NCBI GenBank assembly: GCA_964413605.1
Contig: CAYPSV010000001.1
Coordinates: 47,628-111,627, forward strand
Source of the DNA: an uncultured Candidatus Bathyarchaeia archaeon
Lineage (GTDB): Archaea; Thermoproteota; Bathyarchaeia; Bathyarchaeales; Bathycorpusculaceae
DNA length: 64,000 nucleotides
Direction: 5' to 3'
Part shown: positions 52,403 to 61,417 of the stretch, one piece after another
Position numbering within the stretch: position 1 is the first letter of the stretch
Layout of the letters: each line of letters begins with the position of its first letter
Notes under the pieces: generated by a model
The model's database searches: none
The model's input: only the letters and a program-made list of their open reading frames with translations
What the model was told of the DNA's origin: nothing
Translations under genes and position numbers: made by a program

Positions 52403-52639
52403 ATGAGTGCAAAAACAGACAAGAAACTTGATTGTATAGGTCTTTATTGTCCTGAACCAGTTTTTAACACTAGACTAGCCCTTGACGAGATGAATGTAGG
52501 AGAAACCATTGAAGTCAGTGCTGACGATCCAGCTGCAGAATCTGATATTCAAAACCTTGTAAAACATCTTGGTCAGGAAATATTAAGCACAACAAAAGAA
52601 AAAAATACAGTTAAAATAGTAATCAAGAAGATAAAATGA
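52403..52639 (+). CDS. tusA: TusA-like sulfurtransferase
   Basis: LDCIGLYCPEPVF contains the CPxP active-site motif. 78 aa. Confidence 0.8.
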   Translation: MSAKTDKKLDCIGLYCPEPVFNTRLALDEMNVGETIEVSADDPAAESDIQNLVKHLGQEILSTTKEKNTVKIVIKKIK

Positions 52640-52670
52640 GTATTCTGTTTGTTCTTTCAAGTTGAAGTTT

Positions 52671-53864
52671 ATGGTGACAAAAAAAATAATTAATTTGGAT
52701 TATGCAGCTGGAAAACCAGTTGACTGTCGAGTATTAGACTCAATGTTGCCCTACATGAACCGCTTATACGGTAATCCTTCTTCGCTACATTCTATGGGTC
52801 AAGAAGCAAAAAAGGCTCTCTATCAGGCTAGAAAGCAAGTTTCTGAGCTAATTAATGCTGAAAGACCTGAAAACATAATATTTACTTCTAGCGCAACGGA
52901 AAGCAATAATTTGGCTATCAAAGGAGTAGCCAATAGAAATAAAGAACAAGGTACAAAGATAATCGCTTCAAATGTTGAACATATATCCGTTATCAATCCA
53001 ATAAAATACTTAACCACAAAAGGATTCGAATCGATTTATTTGCCCGTAAACAATTATGGAGAAATAGACCTAAAAATTCTCGAAAACGAGCTGGATGATA
53101 AAACAATTCTTGTAACCACTACCTATGCAAACGGGGAAATAGGCACAATTGAACCCATAAAAGAAATCAGCAAACTCGTCCACGCCAAAAACGCTGTTCT
53201 ACATGTTGACGCAACTGCAGCAGCCGGTCAAGTCCCAATCGATGTGCAAGATCTCGGTGTTGATTTGATGACAATCTCATCAAATGACATGTATGGTCCA
53301 AAAGGTGTAGGAGCATTATATGTTAAAGACGGAGTACGTATAGAACCTTTAATCCACGGTGGAGGGCAAGAAAAAGGCATAAGATCAGGAACGGAAAATA
53401 TGTCTGGAATCGTTGGATTTGGAATGTCTGCTGAAATAGCAAAACAAGAAATGCAAAGTAACATCCAAAAACTTACAAAACTTAGAGATAGATTCATAGA
53501 GGGTCTTTTAGGGCAACTTCCTTATACCTTTTTAAACGGACACCCAACGAAAAGATTACCTGATAACGTATCAGTCAGATATAGCTTCATAGAAGGAGAG
53601 TCAATGTTACTAAGCCTGGAAATGAATGGTGTTCTCGTTTCCTCAGGTTCAGCTTGTGCATCAAAAACTCTTGAGCCTTCTCGTACCCTTTTAGCAACGG
53701 GACTAAAACATGAAGAGGCACATGGCTCATTAATGTTTACTCTGGGTCGAGAAAGTAAACTGGAAGATATCGAATATGTTATAGGTGTGATGCCTAGCAT
53801 AATTAATAGGTTAAGAGATATGTCACCTCTGACTCCAAAGGAGCTAAAAAATGTACTCAGATAA
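52671..53864 (+). CDS. iscS: Cysteine desulfurase (IscS/NifS class)
   Basis: LDYAA..P, FTSSATESNN, HVDA.AA.G, the SSNDMYGPKG region and the active-site loop SSGSACAS. Confidence 0.9.
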   Translation: MVTKKIINLDYAAGKPVDCRVLDSMLPYMNRLYGNPSSLHSMGQEAKKALYQARKQVSELINAERPENIIFTSSATESNNLAIKGVANRNKEQGTKIIASNVEHISVINPIKYLTTKGFESIYLPVNNYGEIDLKILENELDDKTILVTTTYANGEIGTIEPIKEISKLVHAKNAVLHVDATAAAGQVPIDVQDLGVDLMTISSNDMYGPKGVGALYVKDGVRIEPLIHGGGQEKGIRSGTENMSGIVGFGMSAEIAKQEMQSNIQKLTKLRDRFIEGLLGQLPYTFLNGHPTKRLPDNVSVRYSFIEGESMLLSLEMNGVLVSSGSACASKTLEPSRTLLATGLKHEEAHGSLMFTLGRESKLEDIEYVIGVMPSIINRLRDMSPLTPKELKNVLR

Positions 53865-54240
53865 AGTTATGGAAAACTTCAAAAACCCAAAAAACACTGG
53901 GGAAATTCCTGATGCAGACGGCGTAGGGACAGTGGGAAACCCTGTTTGTGGCGACATGATGACAATGTACATAAAAGTGAAGGACAAGCGAATAGCGGAT
54001 ATTAAATTCAAAACATTTGGTTGTGGAGCAGCCATAGCTACTAGCAGTATGACAACAGAAATGGCAAAAGGGAAAACTCTCGAAGAAGCTTTAAAAATCA
54101 CGCGAAAGGATGTTGCAACAGAACTAAATGGTTTGCCCCCAGTTAAGATGCATTGCTCTAACTTGGCTGCTGACGCTTTGCATGCCGCAATTGAAGATTA
54201 CTATAAAAAACAAGGTGCATCTTCCGAGGTGAAAAAATGA
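53851..54240 (+). CDS. iscU: Fe-S cluster scaffold IscU/NifU N-terminal type
   Basis: MENFKNPKN.G, GNPVCGDMM, FKTFGCGAAIATSS and HCSNLAADAL. Overlaps iscS by 14 nt. Confidence 0.9.
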   Translation: MYSDKVMENFKNPKNTGEIPDADGVGTVGNPVCGDMMTMYIKVKDKRIADIKFKTFGCGAAIATSSMTTEMAKGKTLEEALKITRKDVATELNGLPPVKMHCSNLAADALHAAIEDYYKKQGASSEVKK

Positions 54241-54434
54241 AAGACTCACAAGACTCAAAGGCAAATAAATGTCACTGTTGTACGTCTGAAAATACAGCGG
54301 ATGAATGCATTTTAGCTACTGCAAAAACTGTGATCGATGGCAAAGAATACTCCGCTTGTTGCGCAAATATTACAAAAACTTCAGAAGAGAAAAACAAGAA
54401 AAGCGATCAAAAAAGCACGAACATACAAAAATAA
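54237..54434 (+). CDS. Cys-rich micro-protein (65 aa), ATGA-coupled to iscU
   Basis: CHCC...C...DGKEYSACC, followed by a Lys/Ser-rich tail. Confidence 0.5.
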   Translation: MKDSQDSKANKCHCCTSENTADECILATAKTVIDGKEYSACCANITKTSEEKNKKSDQKSTNIQK

Positions 54435-54576
54435 TTAATTTTGATCTGTTATTTGCCGAATAGGCTAATTTCCCTTTCTTATGCGTGCCCTTATTTTCTT
54501 TCGAAAAGCCATATTTTTAATAGCTAAATAAACGAACATAAGCTATTAGTGGTTAACAAGCGAGGTTCAGGAAAAT

Positions 54577-55248
54577 ATGAACCGTGAAACCAAGTTATTT
54601 GCCTTTGCAGCTATACTTTTGTTATTTTTCTTAGGTGCCGAAACTTTTGTAATAGTTACCTTTCAAACGCAGAATACCAAATATAGCGCTATTCGGGTTG
54701 CTTGTGTTGGTGATAGTATAACTGCTGGCACCGAGTACCCAGTTGATCTATGGCAGTTGTTGGGTCCTAATTATGTTGTGGGAAACTTTGGTATCGGGGG
54801 AGCAACAGTTGCTCTAGATACGCACAGCTCTTGGATAAATGAAACTGGATTTGAAGTTGCAAAGCAATTTCAACCAGAAATAGTTGTCATTACTCTGGGA
54901 ACAAACGATGCTAATTCTGATTACAACGAGACAAGTGCGCTTTTTACCGAAGACTATTCTTTGCTAATAACCGAATTTCAAGCACTTGTTAGCAAACCTA
55001 AAATTTTTCTCGTTTTACCCCCTCCAATATTTGGAAATGACGCAAACCTAAGCCAATCTTTATTCACACAACACGTAATTCCAAGCATTCGACAAGTTGC
55101 TATCCAAACTGGTTTGCAGCTTGTTGATGTTTATACTCCTTTGATTAATCATCCTGAGTATTTTGCTGATGGTGTGCATCCAGATGTCGAAGGTGCCCAC
55201 AAGATTGCAGAGATTGTATACGCTGCAGTGGTTTCAGATAACACATAA
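54577..55248 (+). CDS. Membrane-anchored SGNH/GDSL hydrolase-fold protein (copy 1)
   Basis: N-terminal TM helix. Blocks are I VGDSITAG, II GIGGATV, III LGTNDA and V DGVHPD. Confidence 0.85.
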   Translation: MNRETKLFAFAAILLLFFLGAETFVIVTFQTQNTKYSAIRVACVGDSITAGTEYPVDLWQLLGPNYVVGNFGIGGATVALDTHSSWINETGFEVAKQFQPEIVVITLGTNDANSDYNETSALFTEDYSLLITEFQALVSKPKIFLVLPPPIFGNDANLSQSLFTQHVIPSIRQVAIQTGLQLVDVYTPLINHPEYFADGVHPDVEGAHKIAEIVYAAVVSDNT

Positions 55249-55337
55249 TCGTCTTTTTGCTACTATTGTTTTTTCCAAAAAGCCTAAAACCATGATGCTT
55301 TAGGTATAATATAACAAGCATATTTGAAAGTGGGCAT

Positions 55338-56450
55338 TTGACAGAAACGATAAAAAGTTGTCAAGATAACGGACTATCTATTCCAGTTGATCTAATCCGA
55401 ACATTAGCTATTGTAGGAGTAATCTTTCTTCATGCTACTAATGATTTGACGCCGGACTCTATGAGTCAATTAGAAGTCGTTCGTTGGATCACGGTTGATG
55501 TTTATCAAAGCTTTGCTAGAATAGGTGTTCCATTATTTGTAATGTTGTCTGGCGCTCTCTTGCTTCAACCATCAAAAAAGGAAAGCCTTCGTGTGTTTTT
55601 CAAGAAACGATGGGCTAGGATTGGTTTGCCCTTCTTTTTTTGGGGGGCGCTCTATTTTGTGTGGCAGTATTTCGCAAACAATCAAGAACTTACGGTAAAT
55701 TCGATCCTCCAAGGTTACCTAGTGAGTCCTTATTTCCAGTTTTGGTACATCTACATGCTTGCCGGACTATACTTGATCACACCAATCTTGCGAATAGTAA
55801 TCGCTAATGCAGGTGATAAACTCATAAAATATTTCCTTGTCTTATGGTTTTTGGGTGCCTCGATTATTCCTGTAATTAGTTACTTTACAGTTTATGATTT
55901 AAACAGTCTAGTTTTTACAATAACTGGCTGGGTTGGCTACTATGTTTTAGGGATTTACCTTCTGAAAATTCGAATTCCGCGCATAATGATGGTCTCTTTA
56001 ATGATTTTGGGTGTAGCTCTAGCTGCAATTGGAACAGTTTATATGTCTTTTAACGTTGGAGGCACCGCATCATATTACTTCCAAGAATATCTGAGTCCAA
56101 CAATGATTCTTGCATCTGTTATGGCTTATCTTCTTTTGAACACGATCAAAATGCCTTCATATACAAAGAGATCTGGTCTGCCAATAACAGTTGCAAACCA
56201 GCAACAAAGCAAGCCTTCCAAATTAGGAAAAATCCTAAAGCTGATAAGCGAAAACACTCTTCCAATATTTCTGTTTCATTTAATGGTGCTTGAAACTCTT
56301 CAAAGAGGATACTTAGGGTTTGCCATCAACGGGTCCACCATTAATTCCATAATTGGGGTTCCTCTAATTACAGTAATTGCTCTGTTTCTTTGCTTGGCCG
56401 TTATTGTGCCTTTAAAAAAGGTGCCGGTCTTAAAGAAATTGATTGGTTAA
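55338..56450 (+). CDS. Acyltransferase-3 (AT3) family integral membrane O-acyltransferase (copy a)
   Basis: VDLIRTLAIVGVIFLHA, VPLFVMLSGALL, FFKKRW.RIG.P and about 10 TM helices. TTG start. Confidence 0.85.
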   Translation: MTETIKSCQDNGLSIPVDLIRTLAIVGVIFLHATNDLTPDSMSQLEVVRWITVDVYQSFARIGVPLFVMLSGALLLQPSKKESLRVFFKKRWARIGLPFFFWGALYFVWQYFANNQELTVNSILQGYLVSPYFQFWYIYMLAGLYLITPILRIVIANAGDKLIKYFLVLWFLGASIIPVISYFTVYDLNSLVFTITGWVGYYVLGIYLLKIRIPRIMMVSLMILGVALAAIGTVYMSFNVGGTASYYFQEYLSPTMILASVMAYLLLNTIKMPSYTKRSGLPITVANQQQSKPSKLGKILKLISENTLPIFLFHLMVLETLQRGYLGFAINGSTINSIIGVPLITVIALFLCLAVIVPLKKVPVLKKLIG

Positions 56451-56477
56451 ACCTATTAACGCAAAACTGGGCTCCAA

Positions 56478-57140
56478 ATGAACCAAAAAAAGAAATGGGC
56501 AGTAGCGATAATTGCCATATTTATAGTTGCAACTGTAATTGCTAGTTTTGGAATTATGGCTATGCAACAAAAAATTTCAATAGTGCCGATTCGAGTCGCA
56601 TGTGTTGGTGACAGTCTAACTGAAGGTACTGAATATCCTAATGATCTTTGGATGTTGTTGGGTTCAAATTATTCAGTTGGCAATTTTGGAAAAGGCGGCA
56701 CAATGGTTTTCTCGAAATCTCCTACGGCCTATGTGAATGAGACTGTTTTTGAAGAGGCTAAAGACTTTCAGCCAAACATCGTAGTTATCATGCTGGGGAC
56801 TAACGATGCTTTGCCGGGTCTAAACGAATCTATGGATGAATTCGTACAGGACTATGAGATGCTGATTTGCGAGTTCCAAGCTCTTGCCAGCAAACCACAA
56901 GTGTGGATTGTAAAACCGCCTCCCATTTTCCATGATGGAACAGGTTTGAGCACACTGTTCTTTGAGGAAAATATCTTGCCAGGTATCGAGAAGGTTGCCA
57001 ACGACACTGCCCTTCCTTTGATTGATGTTTATTCCCGATTGATTAATCATCCAGATTACTTTGTCGATGGAGTTCATCCATATATGAGAGGCGCGCAAAT
57101 CATCGCAGACCAAATATACAAGTTTCTTATTCTGAAGTAA
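56478..57140 (+). CDS. Membrane-anchored SGNH/GDSL hydrolase-fold protein (copy 2)
   Basis: VGDSLTEG, GKGGTMV, LGTNDA and DGVHPY, with an N-terminal TM helix. Confidence 0.85.
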   Translation: MNQKKKWAVAIIAIFIVATVIASFGIMAMQQKISIVPIRVACVGDSLTEGTEYPNDLWMLLGSNYSVGNFGKGGTMVFSKSPTAYVNETVFEEAKDFQPNIVVIMLGTNDALPGLNESMDEFVQDYEMLICEFQALASKPQVWIVKPPPIFHDGTGLSTLFFEENILPGIEKVANDTALPLIDVYSRLINHPDYFVDGVHPYMRGAQIIADQIYKFLILK

Positions 57141-57225
57141 ACGCCCAACAAGTTTTCGCCTTTCAACCGTAAAGCACAATTATTAGTACGCCATTGTACT
57201 CGGAAAATAAAATTGGTACCGCAGT

Positions 57226-57927
57226 ATGAACGCGAAAACAAAACAATCCGTTGCTTTGGTGTTGCTCATCCTGATACTCTTGTTTGCCACTGTAACTTTT
57301 TTTGTTGTTGCTGCGATGAATCAAACCAAGCAAATTCGTGTCGCATGTGTTGGTGATAGTATAACTGAAGGAAGCGGGTATCCATATGAACTTCAGTTAA
57401 TGTTGGGTTCAAATTACGTTGTGGGAAATTTTGGAGTTAGTGGGTCCACAGTATCGCAAAATTCCATTCGACCCTATATGAATCAACCCGCTTTTCAGCA
57501 AGCCAAGAATTTTAACCCCGATATCATCGTAATAATGCTAGGAACAAATGATGCTAACCCAGAAATTACTCAAAACGAGGATACATTTGATGCAGATTAT
57601 TTGGAGCTAATCAATTCTTTTCAGCAGCTCGACGGTCAACCACTAATCTGGATCATAAAGTCACCGCCAATTTTTAGTACAACTTCAAGTTGGAACAATA
57701 CGTATCTCATAAGTACCGTAATTCCTCAGATAGATAATTTGGCCAATCAAATGAATCTGCCAACTATCGATATGTATGAGACTTTTGGTGATCACGCAGA
57801 TTTTTTTGCTGATGGGGTTCATCCCAATCATGCTGGAGCCTTATTGATCGCTTTCACAGTCTTTAACACGATAACAATGCCTGACGGCTCTCCTGATTAT
57901 TCCTCTTTTGCTAAGGAAAACTTTTGA
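57226..57927 (+). CDS. Membrane-anchored SGNH/GDSL hydrolase-fold protein (copy 3)
   Basis: VGDSITEG, GVSGSTV, LGTNDA and DGVHPN, with an N-terminal TM helix. Confidence 0.85.
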   Translation: MNAKTKQSVALVLLILILLFATVTFFVVAAMNQTKQIRVACVGDSITEGSGYPYELQLMLGSNYVVGNFGVSGSTVSQNSIRPYMNQPAFQQAKNFNPDIIVIMLGTNDANPEITQNEDTFDADYLELINSFQQLDGQPLIWIIKSPPIFSTTSSWNNTYLISTVIPQIDNLANQMNLPTIDMYETFGDHADFFADGVHPNHAGALLIAFTVFNTITMPDGSPDYSSFAKENF

Positions 57928-58018
57928 CTTTTAGTTAGCTCTTTCTGATAAATTTTGTAGATTAGCAGTTTTATGCAAACTATTAATAGTAAATGCAAGA
58001 GAAAGAGAATAGGTGTTA

Positions 58019-59107
58019 ATGGAGCAGAAAGCGTATCCCGATGGGGGCATCGCTCTTCCCGTTGACCTCATCCGCACAGTAGCCATCATTTTAGTTATTT
58101 TGCTCCATGCATCAATTGAACCCAACCTCAATCTTAGTCAAATGTCGCCGGAAGGAGTTCAACTCTGGTGGGCATCTAACGTTTACGATTCCATTTCGCG
58201 CACAGCGGTTCCGTTATTTGTGATGTTAACTGGGGCTCTTTTGCTTCAACCATTCAAGACCAATGAGCCTTTGCGGGTTTTCTTTAAGAAACGTTGGAAC
58301 CGAATTGGTATACCTGTTCTGTTTTGGGGCGCGATATTTTTTATCTATGATTTTTCTGTAAAGGGACAAACATTGACGTTAACTTCTGTTTTGCAAGGGT
58401 TGCTTGCTGGACCGTATGTGCATTTTTGGTACTTGTATCTTTTAGTCGGTTTGTATCTTATAACACCGCTTGTGCGAATTTTAGTTGCTTATTCAGATTG
58501 GCGGCTCATAAAATACTTTTTAATTATTTGGTTCGTGGGGACCGGGATTGTTTCTTTGCTTACTCTTGATGCGTCAATCAGTCCTCAGGCAGTGTGGTTT
58601 GGAGATAATGTCTTTATTTTAACGGGGATAATTGGGTACTTTATGTTTGGCGCTTACGTAGCCCGACTTCGTGTCCGCCGAGCAATTCTTTATTTAGGTT
58701 TAATTACGAGTTCAGTCTTTACGATTTTTGGGACCTATTTTGTGATTCGCATATTAGGTGAAGCATATAGCCAGTTTTTCCTTACCGCTATAAGTTTTAA
58801 CGTTATAATTGCTTCTATTACTTTGTTCTTGATTTTGGCAACTGTCCAAAACCAGACAATTGAAACGAAAATCCCTCGTGGAAACAAAGTACTTAGAGTA
58901 ATAAGCGAAAATACACTTCCAATATATATATTCCATATAATTGTGCTTGAAACACTTCAGAGAGGCATTTTTGGCTTTAAACTAAGTGTAACAACGATAA
59001 ATCCAGTAATAGAAATTCCGTTGGTGACCGTCGTGACCTTGTTTATCTGCCTTGCTATTATCGTTCCATTAAAAAAGCTGCATTATGTTAAGAGAATAAT
59101 AGGGTAA
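58019..59107 (+). CDS. Acyltransferase-3 (AT3) family integral membrane O-acyltransferase (copy b)
   Basis: VDLIRTVAIILVILLHA, VPLFVMLTGALL and FFKKRWNRIGIP. Collinear with copy a. ATG 58019 preferred to GTG 58013. Confidence 0.85.
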   Translation: MEQKAYPDGGIALPVDLIRTVAIILVILLHASIEPNLNLSQMSPEGVQLWWASNVYDSISRTAVPLFVMLTGALLLQPFKTNEPLRVFFKKRWNRIGIPVLFWGAIFFIYDFSVKGQTLTLTSVLQGLLAGPYVHFWYLYLLVGLYLITPLVRILVAYSDWRLIKYFLIIWFVGTGIVSLLTLDASISPQAVWFGDNVFILTGIIGYFMFGAYVARLRVRRAILYLGLITSSVFTIFGTYFVIRILGEAYSQFFLTAISFNVIIASITLFLILATVQNQTIETKIPRGNKVLRVISENTLPIYIFHIIVLETLQRGIFGFKLSVTTINPVIEIPLVTVVTLFICLAIIVPLKKLHYVKRIIG

Positions 59108-59185
59108 GCTGTAGTTAACCTTTTTAGGTTAGCCTCCAAAACAAGTCTTATGTACTTGGGTGAGTCATAGGGGAAGCGATGCAAC

Positions 59186-59557
59186 ATGCAAAACGATGCG
59201 GAAGGAAAAATTAAGCAAGATCTTCTCTTTGAGATACAAAATCTAGAACAAAATTATGGAGTTATCAAAGGTTTTGTTGCAGGAGCAGAGTACGATGTTG
59301 TAGTTTTAGGTACTAGTCTACAGACTTTTAAGGACAGTTTGAGTCGAGCAAGTGCATTTGTGCTTGCATTATACAATTTAAAGGGTAAACGGGTGAATAT
59401 TCCTTGGGAGTCACTGTTTACGAGTTTAGATTATGCATTGGCAACATTGTCAACGGCGCCAAAGAAGGCTGCTGTTCAGGCTATATTGGCGATGGCTGAT
59501 CCTCAAATGGAACAGGTGCTTTCATATTTTGCTGCCTTAAAAGAATCTTTGAAATAG
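59186..59557 (+). CDS. Hypothetical protein (123 aa)
   Basis: An ORF only. Confidence 0.45.
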   Translation: MQNDAEGKIKQDLLFEIQNLEQNYGVIKGFVAGAEYDVVVLGTSLQTFKDSLSRASAFVLALYNLKGKRVNIPWESLFTSLDYALATLSTAPKKAAVQAILAMADPQMEQVLSYFAALKESLK

Positions 59558-59635
59558 AAGTCTCGGATGAACTTTTAGGTTCAATCTTTTGGCGAAGATG
59601 CTTTTCGTAATTCAAGGTTTAATGTAAAGTTTTTA

Positions 59636-60448
59636 TTGAATAATGTGATGTTAATTGTGATGTTTTTTGTGAACAAAATGAGTGCCAATTTGTTACGTTT
59701 TGGTAACGTCGCTGCTTTTTTGATAACGCTTGTCATTAATGGTTTAGCAGGTACTACACTTCTAAATAACAGAACAACTGCACAGGTCTCAGATTTGTAT
59801 TCAAATCCTTTTACTCCCGCTGGGTACGTTTTCGCTATATGGGGAATAATCTATGCTTTGCTTGCAGTTTTTGTTATTTATCAGGCTTTGCCCAGACAAA
59901 AAGACATTTTGTTCCTAAAGCAAATTAGTGTTCTTTTCATATTGAGTAGTATATTCAACTGTGTTTGGCTTTTTCTTTGGCAATATGATTACATTACATT
60001 TTCAGTTGTGGCGATGTTTGGGCTCTTTTTGTCTTTGCTGGCTATTTACTGGCGTTTAGCTATTGGGAAATCCACTGCTTCTCGAACTGAAAAAATATGT
60101 GTTCATTTGCCGTTTAGCGTATACATTGGTTGGATAACTGTTGCGTCAATAGCTAATGTTGCAGCTGCTTTGGTTTCAGTGGGATGGGATGGGCTTGGTT
60201 TAGGCGCTGAAGCATGGGCTATAATAGCGATGGGTATTGCGTTAATCGCGACGTTAATAGTTATAATTGCTCGAAGAGACTATGCCTTTAGTTTGGTCGT
60301 TATTTGGGCACTTGTGGGAATCGCAGTTAGACAAATCTCAAATCCAACTATAGTTTTGATTGTTGAAGAAGCCGTTGCTTTGATTCTGGTTGTGGCTGGG
60401 CTTTCGCTTGTTGCGTCGATATTGAAACGTAGAGCTTTTAGGACTTGA
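59636..60448 (+). CDS. Polytopic membrane protein, possibly TspO/MBR-related (tryptophan-rich)
   Basis: NPFTPAGYVFAIWGIIYALL and multiple Trp-rich TM helices. The family assignment is from memory and tentative. Start uncertain. Confidence 0.5.
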   Translation: MNNVMLIVMFFVNKMSANLLRFGNVAAFLITLVINGLAGTTLLNNRTTAQVSDLYSNPFTPAGYVFAIWGIIYALLAVFVIYQALPRQKDILFLKQISVLFILSSIFNCVWLFLWQYDYITFSVVAMFGLFLSLLAIYWRLAIGKSTASRTEKICVHLPFSVYIGWITVASIANVAAALVSVGWDGLGLGAEAWAIIAMGIALIATLIVIIARRDYAFSLVVIWALVGIAVRQISNPTIVLIVEEAVALILVVAGLSLVASILKRRAFRT

Positions 60449-60502
60449 AAACACTTGATGCTAGAGTTAAGTATAACCCAAGCAAACATTTCTTGACTGA
60501 AC

Positions 60503-60856
60503 ATGGCTTATGTGCGTGACGAAAAAGAAAAATTTGAAATAGATTACCCGTTGGAAGTGATTTGGGGAGCAATCCCTGATGTTATTAAGACTTTAGATTG
60601 GGCGATTGAAGAGAAAGATGAAGTGGAGCATAGAGTCAAAATTAAGACCCAAAGGGGGTTTTTAGCTTACAGCACTATTATCCGTGTAGATGTAAAGCCA
60701 GTAGATGGGAATAAGACAGTTATGTCCATTAGCGGCGAAACACCAGTGACTACTATAACCTCGATTCTGGATTTTGGTAGAACCCGTGATCGCATTGGGC
60801 TTTTCATTGGGGCGTTAGCTAAGAAAATGGAAGAGGATAAAAAGGGAAATAAGTAG
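60503..60856 (+). CDS. Hypothetical protein (117 aa)
   Basis: An ORF only. Confidence 0.45.
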   Translation: MAYVRDEKEKFEIDYPLEVIWGAIPDVIKTLDWAIEEKDEVEHRVKIKTQRGFLAYSTIIRVDVKPVDGNKTVMSISGETPVTTITSILDFGRTRDRIGLFIGALAKKMEEDKKGNK

Positions 60857-61003
60857 TTTTTAAACAAAATCAGTCTTATTGCATTGGCAGGAACTTGTAT
60901 TTTAGAAAAATGTTAATTTTTGTCATATGAGAGTTTAGCTGCTTAAGAATGCAAAAGCAGAGAAGGTTCTTTGGTATCTTAAATCTATACATAGGGGAAA
61001 CAA

Positions 61004-61417
61004 ATGAATAGTAAACCTCCAGTTACGATTAAGGGCAGAATATTAGGTATCGTGGTTTTAATTGCTGCACAATTGCTTATCGGTGGTATCCATGTTTTCT
61101 TTGGTTTATTGCTTTTAATATCTGAAAACTTGTCGTTTCTTCCTTCTGCGGTGGTCTACGATGTTTATACTTTCTTTTTTGGATTGCTGGGTTTAGTTTT
61201 TGCAGTTTTCCTTTGGAGAGGCGAAAAAGTGGGTTGGGTTGGCACAGTCGCGGTTTCTTTTTTTGTAGTAGTTGCTGATTCTTTTACGCTTTTGGATTTG
61301 CCGAGTATTCCTGGGATTCCAAAGCTTCCAGCCTTTGCAGAGATTACTTACAGCGTTTTAGTTGTTGGTTACTTGTCTTTGAGGCATGTGAGAAGCAGTT
61401 TCTTTAAGGAAAGTTAG
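61004..61417 (+). CDS. Membrane protein (137 aa, 4 TM)
   Basis: Four hydrophobic helices. Confidence 0.5.
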   Translation: MNSKPPVTIKGRILGIVVLIAAQLLIGGIHVFFGLLLLISENLSFLPSAVVYDVYTFFFGLLGLVFAVFLWRGEKVGWVGTVAVSFFVVVADSFTLLDLPSIPGIPKLPAFAEITYSVLVVGYLSLRHVRSSFFKES

